Source of the DNA: Candidatus Woesearchaeota archaeon
GTDB taxonomy: Archaea; Nanobdellota; Nanobdellia; Woesearchaeales; GW2011-AR9
Length of the DNA stretch: 64,000 nt
Assembly (NCBI GenBank): GCA_018696595.1
Contig: JABHQW010000008.1
Location: 352,001-416,000, forward strand
Direction: 5' to 3'
Both the position numbers and the translations under genes were made by a program. Positions within the stretch are counted from its first letter, which is position 1. Every line of letters begins with the position of its first letter. Under the pieces are notes generated by a model. It was not told the origin of the DNA. It did not search any database and was given only the letters and a program-made list of their open reading frames with translations. This document shows positions 16,875 through 25,994 of the stretch, in pieces.

Positions 16875-19529
16875 ATGAAAAATACTTTTACTTTTTTTAC
16901 AATTTTCCTATTTGTACTATCTATTGTTCCATTAGCAGCAGCAGCAGATGTTTCTGTTCAAGCTGAATGGTCAGTTAATGGAGAAGCTGCAGGTAAAATA
17001 TTAAATGCTGAAACTGGAGAAGGAACTACTTTCGCAGTGATGGTTAATGCTTTAAATGATAATTTAAACGATTATAACTTCTTTGTTAAAGTTTACGATG
17101 GCAGTTATGATGAGATGGTTAATCCTGGTTGGGAAACTACAAACGTAGAATCTTTCCCTGGCGGAACAACTATGTATACTGTTAATTATAATGCTCCTTT
17201 AACCGAAGGAACTTACTTTATTGTTGCTTCAGCATACTATGCTCAAGAAAACGATGAAGGATTTGATACACTAACATTAATTGTTACAGAAGCTCCTTGT
17301 TTAGATACAGACGATGACGGCGTTTGTGATGAAGATGAAATCTTGGGATGTACAGACACAGATGCAAATAATTACAATCCAAATGCAACTGAAGAAGACG
17401 ACAGTTGTGAATACGATTGTTTAGATTCCGATGGCGATGGTGTTTGTGATGAAGATGAAATCTTAGGGTGTACTGATTCAGAAGCAGAGAATTTTAATCC
17501 AAATGCAACAGAAGAAGATAATAACTGTGAATATGCTTGTACAGATTCTGACAACGATGGTGTTTGTGATGAAGATGATCTTTGTCCAGATGAACCTGGG
17601 CTATTAGATAATAATGGTTGTCCTGAAGAAGTTATTAATGAAGCTCCCATTATTGAAGTTTTTGGAACTAACAAAATTAATGAAATGAGTTCATTAAACT
17701 TAATCGTTGAAATTGAAGATGAGGATATTGTTAACTTAGAAGTTAAGGTTGAAAAATGTGAGATTTATATTTTTGGGCTTTGCTTATTTGCAAGTTACAC
17801 AGATGCTCCTGAAAATTCAGAATTAACTTTTGTTTCTGAAAACAAATATGCTTTTACTTGGACTCCGGATTACCGTTTTGTAAAACATCCTGCAACAGAA
17901 AGATCTATTCGATTAGTTTTTATTGCCGATGACGGAGAAGCAAAAGATTATAATTTACATAAAGTAACTGTTAACGATGTTAATCAATTACCTGTTTTAA
18001 GTTCAGAAGGCGTAGAAGATGTTGATGAAGGAAAAAGCTTTGTTGCTACTTTTACTGCCATTGATGCTGATGAAGAAGACGTCTTGGACTTGGGGATTAT
18101 TTTAATGGGATATGAATTCATGGGTAATGATCTTCCTGATTGGATCTCTATGGAAAGTATTGCAAAGAATACAATTCAATTAACCGTAACTCCTGATTGT
18201 GATAGTGCTGGAGATTACTTCCTTAGATTTACTGCTAACGATGGACTATTCTTGGCGGAACTAATGGAACCATTTACTGTTACCGAAGCTTGTGATGCTC
18301 CAATTCTTGGATGTATGGATGAGTCTGCATTAAACTACAATCCTGAAGCAACCGAAGATGATGAAAGTTGTGAATATACTTGTAGTGATGTGGATAACGA
18401 CGGAGTTTGTGATGAAAATGATCTTTGTCCGCATGAAGTGGGTACTGAGAATAACAAAGGATGTCCTGAAGAACCTGTTGCTGATAATATGGTTCCTGTT
18501 CTAAGAGGATTAATGGATCAATCTGTTTATGCAGAAGAGAAATTAACATTTCAAATTCATGTGACTGATGACAATGATAAAAACATGGACTTAATTGTTG
18601 AAGGACTTCCAGAAGGAGCAGAAGTATTTGCTTCTAATCGGGTTGCACCTTTGCCTTTAAAAAACATCATGCAGAAATTATTTTTGAAAACAGAGTATAA
18701 ACACACTTTTATTTTCAAATGGGTTCCAACAGAAGCACAAGTTGGTGAATACTTAGTAGGATTTACTGCTGACGATGGTTTAGCTAAATCGGAACAAAAG
18801 ACAATCAAAATCACTGTATTAGAACAACCAGTTGAACCTTGTGTTGATACAGATTCTGATGGTATTTGCGACGAAGTTGATCTTTGTCCGTTAGATCCAG
18901 AAGATTTTGATGGTATTGAAGACGAAGATGGTTGTCCTGAAGATGATCCAGTTAACCATGCACCTTTAATCTTATCAAATCCAACTACTGTTGCAACCGA
19001 GAATCATGATTACACTTACCAATTTTTGGCGGAAGATCCAGACGGAGACGAGATAACTGTAACTTTAGTTGACGCTCCTGAAGGGATGACTATGTCTGAA
19101 GATTGGTTAGTTGAATGGATTCCTGAAGATTTAACTAATGGCAAAGTGGCTATTAGTGTAACTGACGGAGAGTTTGTGGTAACACAGAAGTTTACAATTG
19201 GCGTTGCTGAAGCTTACAAGAATGTTAAGCTAGCATCCGTACAATTGGCGGCTGAAGAAGTTGTTGCTGGTGGTTATTTGTCTACTCAAATCAAAGTAGA
19301 AAATAACGGCGAGAAAGATATGGGTGATTTAAAGATTAGTGTGATTGTTCCTGAGCTTGGATTGAAGAAGTCTGTGAGTGAGTTTGACTTGAAACCAGGG
19401 CAAAGTAAGAACAAGAACATTAATCTACAGTTACCTTATTACGCTTACTCTGGTGAGTATCTAGTTAAGGTAAGTGTTAGTAACAGCAATTTCCATGAAC
19501 AAACCTATAGGTTGGTAACAATCTATTAG
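16875..19529 (+). CDS. large secreted Ca-binding surface protein (TSP3-like repeats, Ig/cadherin-like domains, CARDB-like C-terminus)
   Basis: Signal peptide AAA-AD; DxDxDGVCD repeats; three GCxDxxAxNY/FNPxATEDDxSCEY repeats; GAGGT SD. Confidence 0.85.
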   Translation: MKNTFTFFTIFLFVLSIVPLAAAADVSVQAEWSVNGEAAGKILNAETGEGTTFAVMVNALNDNLNDYNFFVKVYDGSYDEMVNPGWETTNVESFPGGTTMYTVNYNAPLTEGTYFIVASAYYAQENDEGFDTLTLIVTEAPCLDTDDDGVCDEDEILGCTDTDANNYNPNATEEDDSCEYDCLDSDGDGVCDEDEILGCTDSEAENFNPNATEEDNNCEYACTDSDNDGVCDEDDLCPDEPGLLDNNGCPEEVINEAPIIEVFGTNKINEMSSLNLIVEIEDEDIVNLEVKVEKCEIYIFGLCLFASYTDAPENSELTFVSENKYAFTWTPDYRFVKHPATERSIRLVFIADDGEAKDYNLHKVTVNDVNQLPVLSSEGVEDVDEGKSFVATFTAIDADEEDVLDLGIILMGYEFMGNDLPDWISMESIAKNTIQLTVTPDCDSAGDYFLRFTANDGLFLAELMEPFTVTEACDAPILGCMDESALNYNPEATEDDESCEYTCSDVDNDGVCDENDLCPHEVGTENNKGCPEEPVADNMVPVLRGLMDQSVYAEEKLTFQIHVTDDNDKNMDLIVEGLPEGAEVFASNRVAPLPLKNIMQKLFLKTEYKHTFIFKWVPTEAQVGEYLVGFTADDGLAKSEQKTIKITVLEQPVEPCVDTDSDGICDEVDLCPLDPEDFDGIEDEDGCPEDDPVNHAPLILSNPTTVATENHDYTYQFLAEDPDGDEITVTLVDAPEGMTMSEDWLVEWIPEDLTNGKVAISVTDGEFVVTQKFTIGVAEAYKNVKLASVQLAAEEVVAGGYLSTQIKVENNGEKDMGDLKISVIVPELGLKKSVSEFDLKPGQSKNKNINLQLPYYAYSGEYLVKVSVSNSNFHEQTYRLVTIY

Positions 19530-19536
19530 GTATGAC

Positions 19537-19575
19537 TATTGCGGGGTAGCTATTAAGTGTAGCTACTCAACAATA
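19537..19575 (+). other. intergenic stem-loop
   Basis: TATTG..GGGTAGCTA-ttaagtg-TAGCTACTC..CAATA. Confidence 0.5.
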
Positions 19576-19675
19576 CTAAACCAACGAAAACTTTATAAAC
19601 CAAAGCGGTTTTAAAGACTAAAACACAAAAAAATAACATTCATAAAAGGATAAATTTTTTTTGGAGGAAGAAAAA

Positions 19676-20926
19676 ATGAAAAAACTTTTAAGTATAATGG
19701 CTTTATTCGTAATTAGCTTATTGACTTTATCAATGGTTAGTGCATTAGATGCAAATGACCTAGTAATTAAGTCTATTGAAGTTAATGGCCACAATGTAGA
19801 AGATGGCGAAGTTCTTGCTGTTGAAGAAGGAGAAACTTTAGATGTTGAAGTTGGCTTATTAGCTAACGCTGGTGCAGAAAATATTGAAGTGGAAGTTGAA
19901 ATTTCAGGTTATGAATACAACGACCAAGAAGATATGGAAGCTACCGCACACATCGATAATATCCAAGCTGGAAATACAAAATATTTTGACTTGGAAGTAA
20001 CTTTGCCTAAGAAATTAGACAAGGATGAATACATGTTAAGAGTTCGTGTAATGGATAAGAATACTGCGGCAATTACCCACAATATTTTATTATCAATCGA
20101 ACCTACAAGACATGGAATCGATATTGCAGACGTTGCTTTATCCCCTGGAGAAACCCAAAAAGCTGGTAGATCTTTTTTAGCTACTGTTCTATTGGAAAAC
20201 TTCGGAGATAAAACTGAGAAAGACGTTAAAGTTGAAGTTGCAATTCCTGCATTAGGAGTTAAAGCTACTGAATACGTTGACGTTGTTGTAACCGATAACA
20301 ATAATGTAGATTATGAAGACGTTCCTGAAATGTTCTTACCTCTTCCTGCTACTGCAGAAGCTGGTGCTTACGACATGATCGTTACAGTTAAATACGATGA
20401 CTTAAGGGAAACTGTTAGCCAAACTTACAAAGTTAATGTTTTAGCTAACGAACTATTCCAAAAGTCTGACAAGTTAGTTTTAGCTGTTGGTCCGGAAAGT
20501 CAAACTGTTGCTGCTGGTAACACTGCTAGTTATGCTGTTGCATTAACAAACGCAGGATCAACTTCTAAAGCTTATGTTTTAGATGTAGTTACTGGTGACT
20601 GGGCTACCGCAACTGTTAGTGATGCTTTAGTTGTTTTAGAACCTGGAAAGAACAAAGTTGTTCAAGTAGATGTAACCGCTGCTAGTAATGCTGTTGAAGG
20701 TCAACACGTTGCAAGCGTTGCTATTATGTCTGGTGACGAAGTTCTTGAAACCATCGTTCTAAAAGCAAACGTAGCTGGCACCGCTAGTGAGAGTTTTAGC
20801 TTAAGAAACGGTTTGGAAATCGCTTTAATCGTCTTAGTTGTTCTATTAGTAATCATTGGTTTAATCATTGGTTTCAGTAGATTAAGAAAAGACGACGAAG
20901 ACGAAGAAGAACAAACTTACTACTAA
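19676..20926 (+). CDS. S-layer/CARDB-like Ig-domain protein with C-terminal TM and acidic tail
   Basis: ATG at 19676 after GGAGG; signal peptide; beta-rich domains; TM followed by RKDDEDEEEQTYY. Confidence 0.8.
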   Translation: MKKLLSIMALFVISLLTLSMVSALDANDLVIKSIEVNGHNVEDGEVLAVEEGETLDVEVGLLANAGAENIEVEVEISGYEYNDQEDMEATAHIDNIQAGNTKYFDLEVTLPKKLDKDEYMLRVRVMDKNTAAITHNILLSIEPTRHGIDIADVALSPGETQKAGRSFLATVLLENFGDKTEKDVKVEVAIPALGVKATEYVDVVVTDNNNVDYEDVPEMFLPLPATAEAGAYDMIVTVKYDDLRETVSQTYKVNVLANELFQKSDKLVLAVGPESQTVAAGNTASYAVALTNAGSTSKAYVLDVVTGDWATATVSDALVVLEPGKNKVVQVDVTAASNAVEGQHVASVAIMSGDEVLETIVLKANVAGTASESFSLRNGLEIALIVLVVLLVIIGLIIGFSRLRKDDEDEEEQTYY

Positions 20927-21081
20927 GTAAGTGGGGACGTTTAATCTTCCTCCAATTTTTTATTTTTTTTCTCTTTTTTTGGGAGGGCTTTTATTTTTCT
21001 TATAATCTTTTTTCTATGTTTTTTTAATACTGTTTATTAGTTCTATAACCTTTTTAAACTCTAGATTTTGTTACTAGCTTA

Positions 21082-22185
21082 ATGGAAATAGCAATAATTG
21101 GGGCTGGTCCAATCGGCAGTTACGCTGGTTATTTACTAGCTAAGTCTGGACATAATGTTAATATTTATGAGCGGAAGAAAGAGATTGGTAAGCCCGTTCA
21201 ATGTACTGGCATATTTACTTCTGACTTTGATGGATTTTCTTTTCTAAACAAAAATAAATTTTTAGTTAATACTATTAATAAAACGGAAATCAATTTTCCT
21301 AATGGTAGCAAGATTGCTGTTAATCAGAAAGAATATGTGGTTTGCAGAACTAAGTTTGATAACCACTTAGCTAATCTGGCTGTTACTGAAGGAGCAAAAA
21401 TTTTCTTGCAACATTCATTTATTAGGAAAGAAGGTGAGAATCTAGTTGTTAAAGATCTTGCTAATGATTGTGAAAAAGAAATTAAACCAAACATAGTAAT
21501 CGCTGCAGATGGCCCCTTATCAAGCGTAGCAAAAGCTTATGGTTTCTATCATCATCAGAGACAACACAATTATGGTGTGCAGGCTTTAGTGGGGGGGAAC
21601 TTTGATTCTAATACAGTACAAACGTTCTTTGGTAAAGATATTGCTCCTGGTGTGTTTGTTTGGGTTGTTCCTGAGAGTTCAACCATGGCGAGAGTTGGTT
21701 TAGCTACAGAAAAAGATGCCCGTAAATACTTTGAGAAATTTGTTCAGAATAAAGATTATGAACTCTTAGAAATGCAGGCAGGTACAATTCCTATCTATCA
21801 TCCTTCACAAGAATTGGTTAAAGATAGCTGTTATTTGCTTGGAGATGCTGCTGGGTTCGTTAAAGCGACTACTCTTGGTGGTGTAATTCCTGGAATGAAA
21901 CAGGCGGAAGCTTTAGTTAGATGTTTAAATGATTCTGATTTGGATTATGAAGAAGAGCTTCAACCCATCATTAGTAGGCTCAAGTTACATCTGAAAATTA
22001 GAAAAGTTCATGATCGGTTTAGTGGAGAAGATTGGGAAAAGTTAGCTACTTATTCTAATAATCCTAAAGTTTTGAAATTATTGAACACTTATACACGGGA
22101 GAATGTAACTACGTTATTTAGAAAGATTATTTGGGCAGAGCCAAGAATGTTATATTTTAGTAAGTATTTAGGCGAATTTCTTTAA
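21082..22185 (+). CDS. geranylgeranyl reductase-family FAD oxidoreductase
   Basis: GAGPIG, PVQCTG, IAADG, WVVP, LLGDAAG..K..T.GG. Confidence 0.85.
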   Translation: MEIAIIGAGPIGSYAGYLLAKSGHNVNIYERKKEIGKPVQCTGIFTSDFDGFSFLNKNKFLVNTINKTEINFPNGSKIAVNQKEYVVCRTKFDNHLANLAVTEGAKIFLQHSFIRKEGENLVVKDLANDCEKEIKPNIVIAADGPLSSVAKAYGFYHHQRQHNYGVQALVGGNFDSNTVQTFFGKDIAPGVFVWVVPESSTMARVGLATEKDARKYFEKFVQNKDYELLEMQAGTIPIYHPSQELVKDSCYLLGDAAGFVKATTLGGVIPGMKQAEALVRCLNDSDLDYEEELQPIISRLKLHLKIRKVHDRFSGEDWEKLATYSNNPKVLKLLNTYTRENVTTLFRKIIWAEPRMLYFSKYLGEFL

Positions 22186-22908
22186 CACTCTCAGATACTT
22201 TTTATTCAATCCACCTAAGCGGAAGATAATTATTTCATTTACGTTTGCTTCTCTAGCTAACTTCAAATCCATTTCTAATTGTTCTAATTTGATATTCGGT
22301 TCATTGCCGTGGATTCCTACTGAGATTGTTCCCAATGCTACAAGATAATTCTTTCCCAGTTCTCTAACTCCTGTTTCTAATTCTTTTCTTACATATTCTT
22401 CTTTGAAATTGTGCAAAGAATGATAGATCATTTTGATTACTTTTACTTTTTTACTTTTATAATGTAAACCCCAGAATCTTAATAACAACTGGCTTAATTT
22501 ACTTTCTGGATAATATTCTGCCAAATAAACTGGTTTGTTGTAATTGTGAATAAATTCCTTAATTAATGATTTGTTTCTAAAGAAATTTAGGAACTGGGTT
22601 ACATAAAGAAAAGGATTTTGTCTTGTTGGCAATTCTAGGTCTAGCATTATTGCTGTTTTTTTTGTCTCTTTAAAGATTCTCTTCAAAGCCGATCTTTTGC
22701 TGAAAGGAGAAATCCAATATCCTTCGCTTCTTTTTAAAATTGGCCAGTAAATAAATTCTTTGATGTGTCTGTTCTTAATGCTTTTTTTAATTTCATTAAA
22801 TTCCTTTAAAGAAGGGGCTGCTAGATATAATTTCGTTGGAAAATTGATTAATCTCAGTTTACTTAAGTTTTCTTTTGTGGGAAACTCTTCGAAAAAGCTT
22901 ATTTTCAT
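22168..22908 (-). CDS. hypothetical protein (possible TIM-barrel)
   Basis: 246-aa ORF, alternating beta/alpha pattern, ends IIIFRLGG. Confidence 0.7.
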   Translation of the reverse strand: MKISFFEEFPTKENLSKLRLINFPTKLYLAAPSLKEFNEIKKSIKNRHIKEFIYWPILKRSEGYWISPFSKRSALKRIFKETKKTAIMLDLELPTRQNPFLYVTQFLNFFRNKSLIKEFIHNYNKPVYLAEYYPESKLSQLLLRFWGLHYKSKKVKVIKMIYHSLHNFKEEYVRKELETGVRELGKNYLVALGTISVGIHGNEPNIKLEQLEMDLKLAREANVNEIIIFRLGGLNKKYLRVLKKFA

Positions 22909-22977
22909 GGATGTTAGAATAATCTTGTTGTTAATATGTTTTTTGGAAATAAAAAAATTAAGAAAAAAAATAAAAAA

Positions 22978-23883
22978 TTAAAAGGTAGTTCCAACAAATC
23001 CACCTAAGTTGTAATCAAGAGTTCCTTCATTTCCAACTTCAGTTAGGTCTGCAGCAGCTCCAATTTGGTATTTGTCCATTAATGTTACTCCTGCTCTTAA
23101 TTTCTGAACACTAAACTGGTGGCCAGTTTCTCCAACACTAGTTAGGTCCTCTAAGTTTATTAGCAAATCAACTTTTTCTCCTAACTCTGGGCTGTAGCTT
23201 AGGTTTACTACAAACTCTCCGTCTGGGCTTTCCATTGTTTTTACTGTTGCTAAGGCATACACTGCAAAATCTCCTAGTGCTTTGAAGTATTGCAAACCTG
23301 CTCTTGGAATTACTCCCATTCCTGGTGCTGCCTGTACTTCTCCTACAATGTCTAAGCCATCAACTAAGTTATAGCTCAAGTCCATTAAACCAAAAAAGCT
23401 TACTTCTCCTTCATAGTCTGAAGTGGTCATTTGTCTCAAGAACAAATTGGTTTTTGGAGCGATACTTGTGGACACTTTTGTGTCTAAGGTTGTTGATTGG
23501 TGTCCTGCTGATAATTCTACTGATCCGCTTGCTGGGGTTTCATCTGCTAGGCCAACTCCTGGTGCTAATATTGCACAAGCCACTCCTGCTGCATAAGCTA
23601 AGTTTCTGGGGGTGGCTAATCTTTGTAATGCTTCTTTTGCTTCTGCAGTTATTTTCTCTAAGATAGTTGGTTCTCTAACTAATGCGATCCCTCTTTTATC
23701 GCTAATAACTTTTCCTTCTCCTGCAACTTCTTGTATAATTCTCTCTTCTGCAGTAAGTGGTGCTTCAGCAACTTTTGCTTCTTCATCAATATCTTCTGGA
23801 AGATATAATCTTCCTTCGGTTTTCCAATATCTTTTTCCTCCAGTTTCAATAAGTTCTGAAGGTAAAATCATTTCATTTGTCAT
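22978..23883 (-). CDS. putative ~12-stranded beta-barrel protein with extended N-terminal leader and internal signal peptide
   Basis: About 90-aa leader, then RNLAYAAGVACAILAPGVGLA-DE, then amphipathic strands ending GGFVGTTF; AGGAGG SD. Confidence 0.8.
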   Translation of the reverse strand: MTNEMILPSELIETGGKRYWKTEGRLYLPEDIDEEAKVAEAPLTAEERIIQEVAGEGKVISDKRGIALVREPTILEKITAEAKEALQRLATPRNLAYAAGVACAILAPGVGLADETPASGSVELSAGHQSTTLDTKVSTSIAPKTNLFLRQMTTSDYEGEVSFFGLMDLSYNLVDGLDIVGEVQAAPGMGVIPRAGLQYFKALGDFAVYALATVKTMESPDGEFVVNLSYSPELGEKVDLLINLEDLTSVGETGHQFSVQKLRAGVTLMDKYQIGAAADLTEVGNEGTLDYNLGGFVGTTF

Positions 23884-23925
23884 TTTTCATATCTCCTCCT
23901 TTTTTAGGCAGAAAGGCAAACTGCT

Positions 23926-23945
23926 TAACTACTATTTAGTAGTTA
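23926..23945. promoter_or_regulatory. perfect palindrome TAACTACTA-TT-TAGTAGTTA, candidate operator
   Basis: Seen directly in the divergent intergenic region, about 20-30 nt downstream of the minus-strand TATA (TTTATATA, 23956-23963). Confidence 0.65.
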
Positions 23946-24028
23946 TGTTTGTTGGTATATAAATGCTCTCTCCCCTCGAAGGGGCGAAAAAAGAAAGATT
24001 TATAACTAAAACAAGCTTATTTAATCTA

Positions 24029-25984
24029 ATGGACTTAGAATTACTCAAAGAAATTGGTTTAACTGATGGAGAAATTAGGGTATATTTGGCTTTATTTAAG
24101 TTAGGTTCTACTTCTACTGGGCCATTAATCAAAGAATCAAAAGTACATGCATCTAAAGTTTATCCTATTTTGGATCGCTTGATAGAAAAAGGGTTAGTTT
24201 CATTTGTTAAATTGGATAAAAAAACAATTTATACTGCAAATCCTGCGACTACAATTATTTCATATTTAGATAAATTACAGGGCAAGATTGGGCAACAAAA
24301 GAAATCCGCAGTTAATTTAATTGAGGAATTAACAAAGTTAAAAAGTTTAAATAAAACCGAATCAGAAACAACCGTCTTTAAAGGAGCCAAAGGATTAAAA
24401 AATGCTTATAATATTGCTATCAAAGAATTAAAGAAAGGTGAAGATTGTTATGCAATGTTTTTACCTAAAGTAGCAAATAATTTACTGCCTTTTTTTGAGA
24501 AACTTATTACAGATGTTTCTAAAAAGAAAGTTAATCATTATTTGTTATACAATGAACTCTCTCCAGAGATAGATTTGATTAAACATTTGCCTGGGACCAA
24601 TGTTAGGGTTGATAGTCCCCACGGATATCAATCTCCAGCAGAAATGTGTGTTTATGGTGAATATACCATTGTCTCAACATCTGGTGGAAAAGAATATCTA
24701 ACTATTTTAATAAAAGACAAGATCATTGCTAATTCTTTCAAAAATCAGTTTAAAGCAATCTGGAATCAAGAAGTGCAAACTTTCCATGGGGTGGAGGGAA
24801 TGCAATTTGCTTTCGATGAAGCCTTAAGAGCAACACCAAATGGGGCCACTAGTTATGTTTTTGGAGCAACAAAAACATCGAAGGGAACTGACAAATTACT
24901 CTTTGAATATAATAAAAGAAGAGCAGAAAAAGGAATTAAACTGAAAATATTGTTTAATGAGGAAGCTACGAGTTCTAAAACAACAAGGTCTGCAAGAAAA
25001 GAAACAAATCCCTTGGCAGAGATAAAAATAATGCCCCATGAATCTACTCCGAGTGCTTATGAAGTTTTTCCAGATAGAGTTATTATCACAACAGCGTCTA
25101 GGGGAAATCCAACATCGATTGTGATTAAAGATAAAGAATTTGTTAAAACCTGTATCATTCAATTTAATGAGCTTTGGAATCAGAAAACAAGAACATTTCG
25201 AGGAAAAAAAGGCGTGGAAACTATTTTTAATGAAGCTCTTAATTCTAAAGAGATTAGGTTTATTGGTGGTAATTGGGGGATGGTTAAGTATCATAAAGCA
25301 TTCTTTGAGAACTGGAACCTAGAAAGGGAAAAGAAAAAAATTATGTGGTTGGATTTAGTTGATGCCGACGTTCTAATAAAACAGAAAGAGGTGCCCAAAC
25401 AACTAAAACATTATCAAGTGAAAGTTCTCCCCGAACAAGTTAATAGTCCAGGGGTAATATTTATTTATGGGAATAAAGTTGCTACAATTATTTGGAAAAA
25501 AGAAGCCATCATTAATGTTGTTGAAAGTAAAGAAACCGTTGATCATTATAAAAAATATTTTGATTATCTTTGGGATCAAAGAATTAAGACTTATTCTGGA
25601 AAAGACGGGGTGAAGAATCTTCTTAATACTATGCTTGATACAGAATCAAAAGAGTATTTTGCGTATGGTGGTCCTCAAAAAGCCTATGATTTATTGGGAC
25701 ACACTTTTTGGAAAAGTTTTCATGAAAAAAGAGTCCATAAAGGTATTGATGCTGAACTGGTTTTCCATTCTTCTTTGGGTTGGTGGGGAGATAAACTAAA
25801 TGAATTAGAATTAACTGAAGTTAGAACAACGAAAAAAGATTTTGAAGAGTTAACTGAAACCGTAATTTGTGGAAACAAAGTAGCAATTATTGTTTGGCTT
25901 GACCATCCTTTTGGAATTTTAATGGAAGAACCTCTTGCTGCGAAATCTTATCAGAAATTTTTTGAATTAATTTGGGAAAAATAG
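24029..25984 (+). CDS. TrmB-family transcriptional regulator with HTH and four tandem effector-like domains
   Basis: LKEIGLTDGEIRVYLAL...LDRLIEKGLV wHTH; four units beginning (F/Y)xGxxG and ending FxxxW; ATG 24029 lies about 28 nt after a BRE-TATA (probably leaderless). Confidence 0.88.
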   Translation: MDLELLKEIGLTDGEIRVYLALFKLGSTSTGPLIKESKVHASKVYPILDRLIEKGLVSFVKLDKKTIYTANPATTIISYLDKLQGKIGQQKKSAVNLIEELTKLKSLNKTESETTVFKGAKGLKNAYNIAIKELKKGEDCYAMFLPKVANNLLPFFEKLITDVSKKKVNHYLLYNELSPEIDLIKHLPGTNVRVDSPHGYQSPAEMCVYGEYTIVSTSGGKEYLTILIKDKIIANSFKNQFKAIWNQEVQTFHGVEGMQFAFDEALRATPNGATSYVFGATKTSKGTDKLLFEYNKRRAEKGIKLKILFNEEATSSKTTRSARKETNPLAEIKIMPHESTPSAYEVFPDRVIITTASRGNPTSIVIKDKEFVKTCIIQFNELWNQKTRTFRGKKGVETIFNEALNSKEIRFIGGNWGMVKYHKAFFENWNLEREKKKIMWLDLVDADVLIKQKEVPKQLKHYQVKVLPEQVNSPGVIFIYGNKVATIIWKKEAIINVVESKETVDHYKKYFDYLWDQRIKTYSGKDGVKNLLNTMLDTESKEYFAYGGPQKAYDLLGHTFWKSFHEKRVHKGIDAELVFHSSLGWWGDKLNELELTEVRTTKKDFEELTETVICGNKVAIIVWLDHPFGILMEEPLAAKSYQKFFELIWEK

Positions 25985-25994
25985 AAATAAAAAA

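Noticed and set aside
17290-18930. Repeated DNA segments as a CRISPR array or mobile repeats
   Set aside because: They are in-frame, degenerate protein repeats without a constant repeat-spacer structure
15096-23883. Bacterial contamination as the explanation for the barrel genes
   Set aside because: They have archaeal BRE/TATA promoters, similar base composition and archaeal neighbours such as the TrmB regulator; disfavoured but not excluded without read data
23874-23890. Out-of-frame MKNDK mini-ORF at the optimal SD distance before the second barrel gene
   Set aside because: Five-codon ORFs arise easily by chance; cannot be distinguished from start-site ambiguity without Ribo-seq
23963-24028. 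Longer N-termini given by the ORF track (also 19661, 28456, 32653, 37422, 49082, 51308)
   Set aside because: SD/TATA positions and domain starts favour downstream ATGs; the extensions overlap promoter sequence
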